A DNA stretch of 64,000 nt from an uncultured Gemmatimonadaceae bacterium (lineage in GTDB: Bacteria; Gemmatimonadota; Gemmatimonadetes; Gemmatimonadales; Gemmatimonadaceae): positions 352,001 to 416,000 of the forward strand of contig CAWBOC010000009.1 of NCBI GenBank assembly GCA_963790305.1, written 5' to 3'. Every line of letters begins with the position of its first letter. Position 1 is the first letter of the stretch. The notes beneath the pieces are model-generated. The model was not told the DNA's origin, did no database searches, and saw nothing but the letters and a program-made list of their open reading frames with translations. A program made the position numbers and the translations under genes. Positions 31,504-41,443 of the stretch are shown in pieces.

Positions 31504-33371
31504 CGGTGTCCTCGTCGATCGGTCGCCAGGCGGCACACCAGCTTCGAAGCGCAGGGGCGCCCTGCGGCGCCGGCAATGCCATGGGAGCTTCAAACTGACG
31601 CGGGGTGCCCTCCCCGGAAAGGGGAGAGAACGGGAAGGTGACGCGGTTCCAGATCAGCCCGCCGACGAACATCCCTCGCGCGCGACAGGCTTCGATCAGC
31701 CGGCGACTCTCATCTCGAACCACGGGCTCATCGTTTCCGACGACGAGAATCACCGCGCGCTCGGGGTTGCCCATGAGCTCCCGGAGCGCCCGCGTGCGCT
31801 TGGCGAAGTCGAGCATCTCCTTCGCCGCTTCTCCGAGGCCGGCCACCTCCTTGTATTCGAGCATGAGACGCATGAGACGGTGCGTCCACGAGAGCGCCAG
31901 CGCGGGCATCTCGAGCAGGCGGAGCAGGTGCCCGGTCGGCGCGGGATCGACGATCACGTATGCGTACCGGCCGTCAGCGAGAAGCTCGCCTAACGTGACC
32001 AGCGCGTACAGCTCATCGATTCCCGGTGGCGTCAGCGCGAGAAGATCGCGCGCAACGGCCCGGTCGTGCGACAGATCGAGCGCGCCCGTCATCAAGCGGT
32101 CGAATATGGCATCGACACGCTCGGCGTAGTTGGCGCGAAACCGCTCGAACGCCAGCGTGGCGTCCATCTGCCGCGCCCGACAGCCCGGGGCGCCCTCGAC
32201 GTCAATGTCGGCATCGGGCACGGGCTGCCCCAGTGCATCCGCGACCGATGGGGCCGGGTCAGACGACACGACGAGTATCGGCTCCTCGGGCCGAGCCAGC
32301 GACACACCGAGCGCGCAGGCGGCTGTCGTCTTTCCGACGCCGCCTTTCCCGGCGACGATCGTCAGCGGTCGCAGCAGGCTCGCGACCGCCGGATGCACCG
32401 GCGATCGCGGCCGGTCGATGATCCGCCCGGTGATCGTGACGGGCTCAGGTGCCCGGCTCGCGCCACCCACGAACAACGCCTCGATCTCCGCCAGCCCTTT
32501 CGGGGATCGTGCGCGGCGAGGGATGCGCACCCGCGGCGCGTCCGGGGCGATCGCAGAGAGTTGCTTCAAGAGCTCGCGATGCCCGATTTCGGCGGCCGCC
32601 GGCATCGCATTGACAATGACCGCCCCCACGCGAATCGCCATCGTCTGGAGCGACTGCGCATACCGCACGGTCTCCGCCACGACCATGGGCTCGAGCCGTG
32701 TGACGAGGGCCACGGCGGTCCGTTCACCATCGGCGAGCGTTGCTCGCAAGCGCATCCACGCGCTCCTGCATGGCGGCGAGGAACGCATCGGCGGCGTCGG
32801 TGCGGTAGCGGCGTGCCAGCATCTGTACCATGAAGCGGTGCTTCTGCTGCATCACATCGAGCAGCGCGATCACGGCACGAAAGGTCTCTGGAAGCGCGAG
32901 AAGGCGCAGCGTGTGACCGGTGGGGGCCGTGTCGACGACGATGCGACGCCATCGCGAATCGCGCTCCAGCTCGAGCAACGCGAGCACGGCCATCGCTTCG
33001 TCCGCCCCCGGCAGCGCATCGTCGACGAACCCGGCCAGCTCATCGGGGCTGAGGTAGGTGCCGCGGTCGAGGATCGCGATCACCACCGAGCGCCATTGCT
33101 GCAGGAAGGCGTCGCGCTCATGCTGCGCGTCGAGCTGCATGGCGAACAGCCGCTCACGTCCGGCGACGGGTCCCGGCGTCACCCCGACGACCGCGCCTAA
33201 CGCGGCACCCAGGGAGCGCGCCGGATCAGTCGAGAGCAGCAGGGTCGTGTCGCCGGCCGCGGCGCTCCGCGCCGCAAGCGCGGCCGAGCACGTCGTCTTC
33301 CCGACTCCCCCCTTGCCCGCTACCAGAATCCATCTCGGGAGGGACTGCAGTAGCGGGTCGAGAAGGCTCAC
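31496..33371 (-). CDS. Tandem-domain ArsA/Get3-family ATPase, split by a frameshift near 32749
   Basis: Two GKGGVGKTT motifs, STDPA/SSDPA, PGADE/PGIDE, DTAPTGH/DPAPTGH. Removing one base joins ...ERVDA to LRATLADG... Confidence 0.87.
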
Positions 33372-33673
33372 TCCTCGGGGGGAGCTTCCCGCGCGACACG
33401 GACCGGACCGCCCGGCGCCGACATCCCGAAGTGCTCACGCCAGGCACGCACCTCCCGCAGCTGCTGCATCAGGCGCGCCTCACGCTGGGCGTACTCCTCA
33501 TCATCAATGTCGCCAAGCTCGAGGAGCATCTGCAGCTCCATGAGCTCCTGCTTGATCGGGGAGTCGTCGGTCAGCTCGGTCTCCACGACCTTCTGCACCT
33601 GATCGAGCGACCACCGGATGCCCGCGACTGGGCCGGTGACTGGAAAGAAGAGGAGCTTGGAGAGGATGCCCAT
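33368..33673 (-). CDS. gvpG: Gas vesicle protein GvpG
   Basis: LLFFPVTGPVAGIRW...IKQELMELQMLLELGDIDDEEYAQREARL. Confidence 0.88.
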   Translation of the reverse strand: MGILSKLLFFPVTGPVAGIRWSLDQVQKVVETELTDDSPIKQELMELQMLLELGDIDDEEYAQREARLMQQLREVRAWREHFGMSAPGGPVRVAREAPPEE

Positions 33674-33677
33674 GACT

Positions 33678-33821
33678 GGGGGTCAGAGTCAGGAGTCAGG
33701 GGTCAGTGGTGGAAGGCGCTGTGAGCGCTGGAGAAGGGCTGGAGTAGCGCTCGGATTCTTAGCGCTTGTCCAGCGCCCTCCGCGCTTTTCCAGCGCCTGT
33801 CCATCCCTGACTCCTGACCCC
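33678..33821. repeat. Chimeric palindromic element: family-B heptamer outer arms enclosing family-C repeats
   Basis: GGGGTCA/GGAGTCA...TGACTCC/TGACCCC outside; GCGCTGGAGAAG...CTTTTCCAGCGC inside. Confidence 0.88.
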
Positions 33822-33827
33822 TTTTCG

Positions 33828-34676
33828 CTATTCAGCCTTCTCCAGCTTGAGCTTGATGTTCACGAAGTTGTACGGTGGCCATGGACCCGTGTACTTGAAG
33901 GTCAGAAGGTCCTCGTACTTTCGCGATACCTCGCGAACTTTCTCATCGAAATCCTTCTCGCGGTGCCGCTCCACGAGAAAGGCCGCGTTCATGATCATGC
34001 GATCGCCGATCGGCTTGTTGCTGCGACTGGCGACGGCGACCTCCTTCAACGTCTCATGAATATCGGAGACGAACGAGTTCCCGGTGTCTTCGAGCGCGCC
34101 CTCGACCAGTCTGCCGAGCTGCATGCGCGCGAAGTAGGTCGAGCTCTGCGTGTTGCGCGTGATCTCGTCCTTGAGACGCCGGATCTCATCGTTCGAGCGC
34201 TCGAGGTCGGCGATGACCTTGTCGCGATCCCAGAGCACCTTGAGCCCGAATTCGATCTTGTCCTGCATCTTGTCGAGCACGTCACTGAACGCCTGATACG
34301 TCGATCGCAGCAGCTCGCCGACGTCGTCCTCGGAACGAAACACCGTTCCGAACGACATCGGGATCACCGTGTGCTCACGCATCACCGTCTCGTTCACGAA
34401 CTCATGCGCCAGCACGTTCTCGCGCGTGGGATCGTAGATCACGATCGGCGTGTCGCTGACCACCGCGCTGAGATCCTTGTAGTGCACCGTATACACGCGG
34501 TTCGCGCCATCCCCAATGCCAATCGGTCCGAAGTCGCGCGCGCTGTCGAGGCGGATGATGCAGTAGACGTACTTTCCTCCCTCGCCACGCCCGTCGGCGC
34601 CCTTGGCGACCGAGTCGTCGCCGCGACGCGATTCTGCTTCCACGGTACGACCGTCTCCCGAGACCATCCCGTCCAT
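33828..34676 (-). CDS. gvpF: GvpF/GvpL-family gas vesicle protein
   Basis: KYVYCII, AVVSD, AHEFVNE, VIPMSFGTVF, EFGLKV, NAAFLV, TGPWPPYNFV. Start uncertain. Confidence 0.9.
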   Translation of the reverse strand: MDGMVSGDGRTVEAESRRGDDSVAKGADGRGEGGKYVYCIIRLDSARDFGPIGIGDGANRVYTVHYKDLSAVVSDTPIVIYDPTRENVLAHEFVNETVMREHTVIPMSFGTVFRSEDDVGELLRSTYQAFSDVLDKMQDKIEFGLKVLWDRDKVIADLERSNDEIRRLKDEITRNTQSSTYFARMQLGRLVEGALEDTGNSFVSDIHETLKEVAVASRSNKPIGDRMIMNAAFLVERHREKDFDEKVREVSRKYEDLLTFKYTGPWPPYNFVNIKLKLEKAE

Positions 34677-34702
34677 GCGCGCTCCTGATTCCACTCGATC
34701 CG

Positions 34703-35191
34703 CTATATCCACAACGCGAGGAGTATCCACACCGCGAGCACGAGCCCGATCCCAACCTTCATCGCAACCGCGACAATGCGTCCGATGAGGGCCCCCGTTG
34801 CGACGCGCGTCGCGCCGCCAACCTCAGTGCCTTTTCGGGTCATTTCCGCGACCCACGCACCGACAAAAGCGCCCGCGAACGCGCCAATCATTGGGCCGAT
34901 CACGGGCAGGGGGGTCCAGACGAAAGCACCGACCACCCCGCCTATAATAGCGCCCCATCCCGCACGTCGCGACCCACCATACTTGCGCGTATACCGTGCC
35001 GAAAGGGCGAACTCGATGAGCTCGGCGATCAGGGCCAGGACGGTAAGCGCCCCGATCGTCCAGACCGAGATGGTCGGCTTCACGTAGCTATACAGCAGGG
35101 CGGCACCGACCATGAGCCACAGCCCTGGCAAGCCCAGCGGGATCAGCAGCAGTCCCGCTACCAACGCGATCGCGAGCAGCAGCTCTTCCAT
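34703..35191 (-). CDS. DUF456-family membrane protein
   Basis: PLGLPGLW, KYGGSRRAGWGAIIGG, GAFAGAFVGAWVAE. Confidence 0.8.
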   Translation of the reverse strand: MEELLLAIALVAGLLLIPLGLPGLWLMVGAALLYSYVKPTISVWTIGALTVLALIAELIEFALSARYTRKYGGSRRAGWGAIIGGVVGAFVWTPLPVIGPMIGAFAGAFVGAWVAEMTRKGTEVGGATRVATGALIGRIVAVAMKVGIGLVLAVWILLALWI

Positions 35192-35209
35192 TCAACCCCC
35201 AGCGTCTCG

Positions 35210-36311
35210 TCAGGCGCTCGTCGCGATGGCGGCGAGAATGATCGACGCCGTGACGGCTACTCCTTCCCCGCGCACATGCTCGAGCGAATCGCGAGGCGTG
35301 TGAATGCGGGCAACCGTGCCGAGCGTTCCTCGGCTCACCGTTACCACCTGCCATCCCGCATCGGCCAGCGCCACGCCGTCGAGTAACGCACCGGGAATCA
35401 AGCGCCCTGTACGGACCGGTATCCCTGCCTCTGTAGCGCGCAGCGTCAGCAGGTCGAGAAGGGCCGTTGGACGGCGCCTCGTCCACGTCAAACGCAGCGC
35501 ACCCGCGTCATCGACACCGTCGACATTGATCGCGTGAACGGCACCCCGTCCGCGGACCCACGCGCGCGCACCCGCCAGGCCCAGCTCCTCCGCACTCGTC
35601 AGCACCACGCCAAGCGCGAGCTGTTGTGGCAACGACTGCGCCACCATGAGGGCAGTGCTCACGCCCGACGCATCGTCGAGCGCGCCCGGCGAGCGCGATT
35701 GCACGACGCTCGCGGCAACCGGAAGTGATGAAAGCACCCCCCATCCAGTGATCCAGGGCCACATCCACCGCACATCGGTGCCGGAGACGTGCAGCGCGGC
35801 AATGATCACCGCGCCCGCGGCGCCTACGAGCAATCCGATTACCCCCAGCGCGCGCACGACGATCGCCACCGGCTGCGACTTCGAATCGAGATGCGCGACG
35901 AGCCAAACCGAGGGGTTTCCTCGGCTCGCGACGAGGTTGCTGGATTCTGCCCGCAGCCAGCGCAGACCAAGCACCCCAACGCGCGTGACCCACCATGCTG
36001 ACGCCCCGATGAACACTGCGCCGCCGAGGAGCAGCGCGAGCGCGAGCGCTGGGTCATTCCGCCACCCGAGAATGGCCGACCGCCGCGAACAGGGCACCGG
36101 AGATGATGCCGAGGACGGGCGTCGCCACCTTGCCGGGTAGCTGCGAATACGAGAATGGCTCCTCGGCGACACCGAAACCGGCGGCGGTAAGCACACCGGC
36201 GCAGTACGCGCGCGCGCGGGCTTCCTCCGTTCCGCCGGCGGGGCGCGGCGCGCTCGCCAGCGCCTCGAGATGCCGTCGCGCAGCCGCCCTGTCGGCAGGG
36301 CGCGCGTCCAC
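35210..36311 (-). CDS. M28-family membrane peptidase, frameshifted near 36071
   Basis: N-part PRPAGG in ORF 36054..36311. C-part AHLDSK, GALDDASG, AEELGLAGA, NVDG, IHTPRD in ORF 35210..36412. Confidence 0.75.
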
Positions 36312-36314
36312 TCG

Positions 36315-37217
36315 TCAGGCGGCCCGGGAGAGTCCCGCCGTGCGGAGGAGCTCTTCCACCCGCTCCCGGGCCGGTCCGCGCAGCGGCAACAACGGCGCTC
36401 GCACTCGTCCACCCGTTAGGCCGACGAGATCGAGCGCCGCCTTCACCCCGGCCACGCCGAGCTCGCCGACAATGGTTCGGGCGAGCGGCACCAGCCGCTC
36501 CTGGGCGCGACCAGCCGCCGCCGTGTCGCCACTCGTGAACGATCGGCAGAGCGACACGGAGAGGGGCGCAGCGAACAGTCCCACGGCGAGAACTCCGCCG
36601 CGTGCGCCCATCTCGAGAGCTGAATAGAGTCCGGCCCCGCTGCCGGTGAGCACCGTGAATCGCTCGGACTGCGCATCGAGATAGCCACCCAGCTGGGTCA
36701 GATCGCCCGAGCTGTCCTTGATCCCCACGACGTTCCCGTGCGAGGCGAGCTCGCGCACCAGACCCGGCGCGAGGGGAAAATGCGTGTACTTGGGAATGTT
36801 GTAGAGGATGAGCGGCAAGGGACTGTCGTCCGCCACCTGCCGGAAATGAGCGGCCAGCGCCTCGGGCGTCATCTGCGCACCGTAGTAATGCGGCGCGACC
36901 ACGAGAATGGCGTCGGCACCACGCTCGGCCGCTTCGCGCGCGCGTCGAATCGTCAGGCGCGTGGATTCCGCGCCAACGCCCGCGATGAGCCACCGATCGT
37001 CAGGCACGATCGCACGCGCCCATTCGAGAAGCCGGTGCCGCTCATGCTCCTCGAGCAACGCTGCCTCGCCCGTTGAGCCGGCGACGACGATGCCCGCGAG
37101 TCCCGCGTCCAGATGCGCGCGCACGTTCGCGCGATACGGAATGGCCGCGAGATCGCCAGTGCCATCGTCGAACGTCGTGACGACCGGCCCGAGGACGCCG
37201 CCGAGCACTTTCGTCAT
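36315..37217 (-). CDS. Dihydrodipicolinate synthase (DapA)-family aldolase
   Basis: GSTGE, LYNIP, GIKDSSG. Confidence 0.9.
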   Translation of the reverse strand: MTKVLGGVLGPVVTTFDDGTGDLAAIPYRANVRAHLDAGLAGIVVAGSTGEAALLEEHERHRLLEWARAIVPDDRWLIAGVGAESTRLTIRRAREAAERGADAILVVAPHYYGAQMTPEALAAHFRQVADDSPLPLILYNIPKYTHFPLAPGLVRELASHGNVVGIKDSSGDLTQLGGYLDAQSERFTVLTGSGAGLYSALEMGARGGVLAVGLFAAPLSVSLCRSFTSGDTAAAGRAQERLVPLARTIVGELGVAGVKAALDLVGLTGGRVRAPLLPLRGPARERVEELLRTAGLSRAA

Positions 37218-38287
37218 CGTGTTTCGCTGAACGTGCGCACCGTGAGGGCGAAATCGCTTGGCCTCGAGGCCGCGGCGTGCGCCACCTCGTATGTCACCGC
37301 GCCCTGCCCCACGAGATCGGCCAGATGCTGGTCGAACGTCTGCATCCCGTATTGGTCGCGTCCCTCGGCAATGACGTCGCGAATCTCTCCCGTGCGCTGC
37401 TCATCCATGATGAGATCGCGCACCAGCGGCGTCACGACCATGATCTCGGCCGCCACGATCCGTCCCTTGCCGTCCGCGCGCGGCAGCAGCCGCTGCGAGA
37501 CGACCGCATGCAGCGATTCCGCGAGACGGACGCGGGTGATTCCCTGCTCCTCAGGCGGAAACATGGCCAGGATACGGGTGATGGTCGTGTGCGCATCCGG
37601 CGTGTGCAGCGTACTCAGGACCAGGTGGCCGGTCTCCGCCGCTTTCATCGCCGTGTCGATCGTCTCCGCGTCGCGCATCTCTCCGACCATGACCACGTCG
37701 GGATCCTGACGCAGCGCGGCACGGAGGCCCGTGCGGAAGCTTTCCGTGTCGACCCCGATCTCGCGCTGGCTCACCGAGCATTGAATGTCGCGGTGGAGAA
37801 ACTCGATCGGGTTCTCCAGCGTGACAATGTGCTTGCTCATGTTCGAGTTCATGTAATTCACGAGCGCAGCCATCGTACTCGACTTTCCGGACCCTGTCAC
37901 CCCTGTGACCAGCACCAGCCCCCGCTCGGCCTGTGCAACGCGCGCCAGCACCGGCGGGAGCGAGAGCCCATCGAACGTCGGCACCTCGAACGGGATTACT
38001 CGCATCACGATCATGAAGCTCGAGCGCTGGCGCAGAATGTTGACGCGAAAGCGCCCGACACCGGCCATTCCCCACGAGCAATCGTAGTCGGTGATCCGAT
38101 CGATCTTCTTCCGATCGTCCTCGTTGGGAATCAGCCGGAGCGCGATGGCTTTCGTCTGATCGGGCGTGAGTGCCTGCTTGGTGAGCGGGACCAATCGCCC
38201 GTCGATGCGCGCACGAAAGACGTCCCCTGCCTTGATGTGCAGGTCCGACGCCCCGCGTTCCACCGCCGCCTTTATGATCTTCTCCAT
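37214..38287 (-). CDS. pilT: PilT/PilU-family type IV pilus retraction ATPase
   Basis: ASDLH, GRFRVN, GVTGSGKSST, ALRQDPDVVMVGEMRD, AETGHLVLSTLHT, GMQTFDQ. Confidence 0.93.
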   Translation of the reverse strand: MEKIIKAAVERGASDLHIKAGDVFRARIDGRLVPLTKQALTPDQTKAIALRLIPNEDDRKKIDRITDYDCSWGMAGVGRFRVNILRQRSSFMIVMRVIPFEVPTFDGLSLPPVLARVAQAERGLVLVTGVTGSGKSSTMAALVNYMNSNMSKHIVTLENPIEFLHRDIQCSVSQREIGVDTESFRTGLRAALRQDPDVVMVGEMRDAETIDTAMKAAETGHLVLSTLHTPDAHTTITRILAMFPPEEQGITRVRLAESLHAVVSQRLLPRADGKGRIVAAEIMVVTPLVRDLIMDEQRTGEIRDVIAEGRDQYGMQTFDQHLADLVGQGAVTYEVAHAAASRPSDFALTVRTFSETR

Positions 38288-38302
38288 GCCCTCGCCATTC
38301 GG

Positions 38303-39364
38303 TCAGTAGCCAGCCGATTTGTCCACGACGTTCCTCAGCGGACGTCCGGCCGCGAAGCGCGCCCAGTTGTCGGTGAAGAGCTCCAGTTCGCGCCGCCAAT
38401 ACCCGCGAGGCGACGTAGCCGACACGTGCGGAGTGAGCAACAGCCGAGGGACGTTCCACAAATTACTGTCCGGCGGCAGCGGCTCCCGCTCGAACACGTC
38501 GAGCACCGCTCCGGCGACGCGCCCATCCCGCAGGCGTTCCGCCAGGGCCCGCTCGTCGAGCAGTGTGCCGCGCGCGACGTTGACGACGATTGCGCCCTGA
38601 GGAAGATGGTCGAGCCGCTCCGCGGTCACCAGACCGCGTGTTGCGACCGTCGCGGGCGCCGCAATGATGAGAATGTCCGCGCTGGGCAGGAGCGAGTCGA
38701 GCGCTTCAAGGCCGAACACCTTCCCGAACCCCTCCGGGATGCCCCGTTCAGGACGGCGTCGAATCCCGGTACAGCGCGCGCCGAGCGCGGAGAGCCGACG
38801 AGCGATCTCGGTGCCGATTCCGCCGGCGCCAATGATCAAGGCGCGACATTCCCCGAGCTCGCGGATGCGGCTGTCGTCACCGACGAACGGGTCGCGATTC
38901 CACACCCGATCACGTTGTTGTGCGACCGCAACGTCGAACTGTCGAAGCAGAAAGAGAATCCCGCCTAACACGTGCTCGGCCATAGGCACGGCATGAACGC
39001 CAGCGGAGTTGGTCAGGAGCACAGTGCTCGCCGCCAGCTCGGGATAGAGCAGACTTCCCACCCCCGCCGCTGCCGAGTGGATCCACCGCAAGCGCGGCGC
39101 GGCGACGAAGAGTGCGCGTGGCATCCCGAACCCGACGTACGCATCGGCGTCGGCGATCTCCCGCATCACTTCCGCGCTGGGCGACGCATTTCCGTCACCA
39201 TCCGAGATCGTCGGCGAGCCGACAATGTAGGTCGTCCAGCCTGGTGGGGCTGACGAGCGGATACGCGAGGCGGCTTCATCGGTCAGCGACCATGTACGCG
39301 ACGTCGCGCGCAGATCGACGACCAGGCGTCCGTGCGCCTGCGGCGTCCGCTCCGTGTCGGCCAC
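38303..39364 (-). CDS. D-2-hydroxyacid dehydrogenase family protein
   Basis: GAGGIG, NVARG, LDVFEREPL, TPHVS. Confidence 0.92.
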   Translation of the reverse strand: MADTERTPQAHGRLVVDLRATSRTWSLTDEAASRIRSSAPPGWTTYIVGSPTISDGDGNASPSAEVMREIADADAYVGFGMPRALFVAAPRLRWIHSAAAGVGSLLYPELAASTVLLTNSAGVHAVPMAEHVLGGILFLLRQFDVAVAQQRDRVWNRDPFVGDDSRIRELGECRALIIGAGGIGTEIARRLSALGARCTGIRRRPERGIPEGFGKVFGLEALDSLLPSADILIIAAPATVATRGLVTAERLDHLPQGAIVVNVARGTLLDERALAERLRDGRVAGAVLDVFEREPLPPDSNLWNVPRLLLTPHVSATSPRGYWRRELELFTDNWARFAAGRPLRNVVDKSAGY

Positions 39365-39367
39365 CGA

Positions 39368-40051
39368 TCAGTCGAACTCGACGCTGATCACTTCCGGGCG
39401 ATGCATGAGCTCTTCAGCCAGCCGATCGTACTGGCGAGAGGGACCGACCAGCTGGAGTCGATAGACGAGACCTTCTTCCTCTTCCGTCACCTTCTTCGCC
39501 TGGATGGCGATGCGCGACCCACGAAAGATCGGCGAGACGTCCTCGAAGCGGGCGTCTCGACGCATGTGAATCGTGCCGTTGACGACGCGGCGGAACGACA
39601 GCATCCACCGCTCCAGCCAGCCGAGGGCGGTCAGGACGAGGGTCACGAGAAGTGCCGCCGCGACCGCTTCGGCGCGGTGTCCGGCGCCGACTGCCAGCCC
39701 GATCGCCGCGACCACCCAGATGGTTGCAGCCGTCGTGAGACCGACGACCTCGCCGCGCGCTTGCATGATCGTGCCGGCACCCAGAAAGCCGACGCCAGTC
39801 ACGACCTGCGCCGCGATGCGTGCCGGATCCCCGACGCGCACATCACCATCCGTCATTCCGATGGTGATAGAGAGGTCCATGAGAAGGGCGGAGCCGAGGC
39901 AGATGAGGATGTTGGTGCGGAGCCCGGCGGGCTTGCCCGAGAGTTCGCGTTCGACACCGACGATCCCGCCGAGGAGAACGGCGAGAGCGAGTCGGCCTAA
40001 CAGGTCGAACGGAAGCGGCTCCAGGAATTGCAGAGCCGCCAGCGAGCTCAT
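39368..40051 (-). CDS. MgtC/SapB family protein
   Basis: GVERE, AGLRT, DPARIAAQVVTGVGFLGAG, GLTTAATIW. Confidence 0.92.
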   Translation of the reverse strand: MSSLAALQFLEPLPFDLLGRLALAVLLGGIVGVERELSGKPAGLRTNILICLGSALLMDLSITIGMTDGDVRVGDPARIAAQVVTGVGFLGAGTIMQARGEVVGLTTAATIWVVAAIGLAVGAGHRAEAVAAALLVTLVLTALGWLERWMLSFRRVVNGTIHMRRDARFEDVSPIFRGSRIAIQAKKVTEEEEGLVYRLQLVGPSRQYDRLAEELMHRPEVISVEFD

Positions 40052-40100
40052 CGGTGACAGGACCGTGTACGTGTCGATGCGAGCCACCTCCACGCGATGA

Positions 40101-40364
40101 CTACGGGTTGTTCAGCTCAGTGATGTCGTCGGCCGTGGTATCGGGAGAGACATCGTCGAGGGCGATGTGTCGGCGAGTTTCCTCGAGCTGTTCGATGGTC
40201 GCCTCATCCGCCTCGGTGGGAGAAAAGAAGTTTCGGAACACGGTATTCCCGCACTTCTCGCACTTCACCCGATTGGGGGGCGTGTCGTCGTAATACTTGC
40301 GATTGCCGCAGGTGAGGCAGAGGAGCGTGAGCACGCCGCGCGGGCCATTGGGATCCATGGGCAT
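40101..40364 (-). CDS. Small Zn-ribbon protein
   Basis: CLTCG...CEKCG followed by an acidic tail. Confidence 0.7.
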   Translation of the reverse strand: MPMDPNGPRGVLTLLCLTCGNRKYYDDTPPNRVKCEKCGNTVFRNFFSPTEADEATIEQLEETRRHIALDDVSPDTTADDITELNNP

Positions 40365-40377
40365 CGGGAACCTCGAA

Positions 40378-40449
40378 GAATGCGGAATGCGGAATACGGA
40401 TGAAACGTTGAGGGGTCAGGCTGTCAACCGCAATCCGCATTCCGCATTC
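40378..40449. repeat. Family A heptamer palindrome
   Basis: GAATGCGGAATGCGGAATACGG / CCGCAATCCGCATTCCGCATTC. Confidence 0.9.
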
Positions 40450-40451
40450 GG

Positions 40452-41432
40452 TTAGACCAGCCCCATCCTCTCCTTGACGTAACCCATCGTTTCTCGTGCG
40501 AGCGCGCGACACCGATCCGCACCAGCGGCAAGCACGTCGCGGACTCGCTGCGGGTTCGATCGAAGCTCACGCGCGCGCTCGTGGATAGGTGTGAGCTCTC
40601 GCTGGATTCCCTCGAGCAGAACCTTCTTGCAGTCGATGCATCCCCAGCCCGCGGTCGAGCACATCTCCGCGACGTGCTCCACCGTCTCCGGCGGATTGAA
40701 CGCCTTGTGCAGGTGAAAGATGTTGCACACCTCCGGCGTGCCCGGATCGGTCCGTCGCACGCGCTTGGGGTCGGTGACCGCGGGGCGGAGCTTCTCCCAC
40801 ACGGCGTCGAACGGTTCCAGAAGTCCGACGGTATTCCCCATGGACTTCGACATCTTCGCTTGCCCGTCGAGACCCATGATGCGCCGTGTGGCGGTCAAGA
40901 GAGCCTTGGGCTCAGGGAAGAAGTCTTCGCCCTTGGCGAACCGCGCATTCCATTTTCGCGCGATTTCGCGCGAAAGCTCGAGATGCTGCACCTGATCCTC
41001 GCCCACCGGAACGCCGTCGGCGCGGTAGAGGAGGATGTCAGCCGCCTGTAGCACCGGATAGTTCAGGAGCCCCGCGACGACGCTCTCCTGTCGCTGCGCC
41101 TTCTCCTTGAACTGCGTCTGTCGCTCCAGCTCCCCGATTGGTGTCACCGTGTTGAAGATCCAGGCGAGCTCCGTGTGCTCGGGCACGTGGGACTGGACGA
41201 ACACGGTACATTTCTCCGGATCGAGCCCGGAGGCGAGCAGCGACACGGCCATGTCCGTCGTCCGTCGTCGCAGGTCGTCGGGGTCGTACGGTACGGTGAT
41301 CGCGTGATAGTCGACGATGCAGAAGATGCATTCGTAGCTGTGCTGAAGCTGGACCCAATTCTTGACCGCTCCCAGGTAGTTGCCAATATGCAACTCGCCG
41401 GAGGGTTGAATTCCGCTGAAGATCCGAGGCAT
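40452..41432 (-). CDS. trpS: Tryptophan-tRNA ligase
   Basis: SGIQPSG.LHIGNYLG, YPVLQAADIL, VPVGEDQ, KMSKS. Confidence 0.97.
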   Translation of the reverse strand: MPRIFSGIQPSGELHIGNYLGAVKNWVQLQHSYECIFCIVDYHAITVPYDPDDLRRRTTDMAVSLLASGLDPEKCTVFVQSHVPEHTELAWIFNTVTPIGELERQTQFKEKAQRQESVVAGLLNYPVLQAADILLYRADGVPVGEDQVQHLELSREIARKWNARFAKGEDFFPEPKALLTATRRIMGLDGQAKMSKSMGNTVGLLEPFDAVWEKLRPAVTDPKRVRRTDPGTPEVCNIFHLHKAFNPPETVEHVAEMCSTAGWGCIDCKKVLLEGIQRELTPIHERARELRSNPQRVRDVLAAGADRCRALARETMGYVKERMGLV

Positions 41433-41443
41433 CACGGCAAGCT

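Noticed and set aside
32724..32788. Programmed frameshift or natural split of the ArsA-like ATPase
   Set aside because: No slippery sequence is evident, the break falls mid-domain, and similar indels occur in rplO and three other genes.
31496..33371. Arsenic-resistance operon
   Set aside because: No arsR/B/C/D or acr3 in the window. The gene is embedded among gvp genes.
37214..38287. Type IV pilus or secretion locus
   Set aside because: pilT is solitary here, and dispersed PilT paralogues are common.
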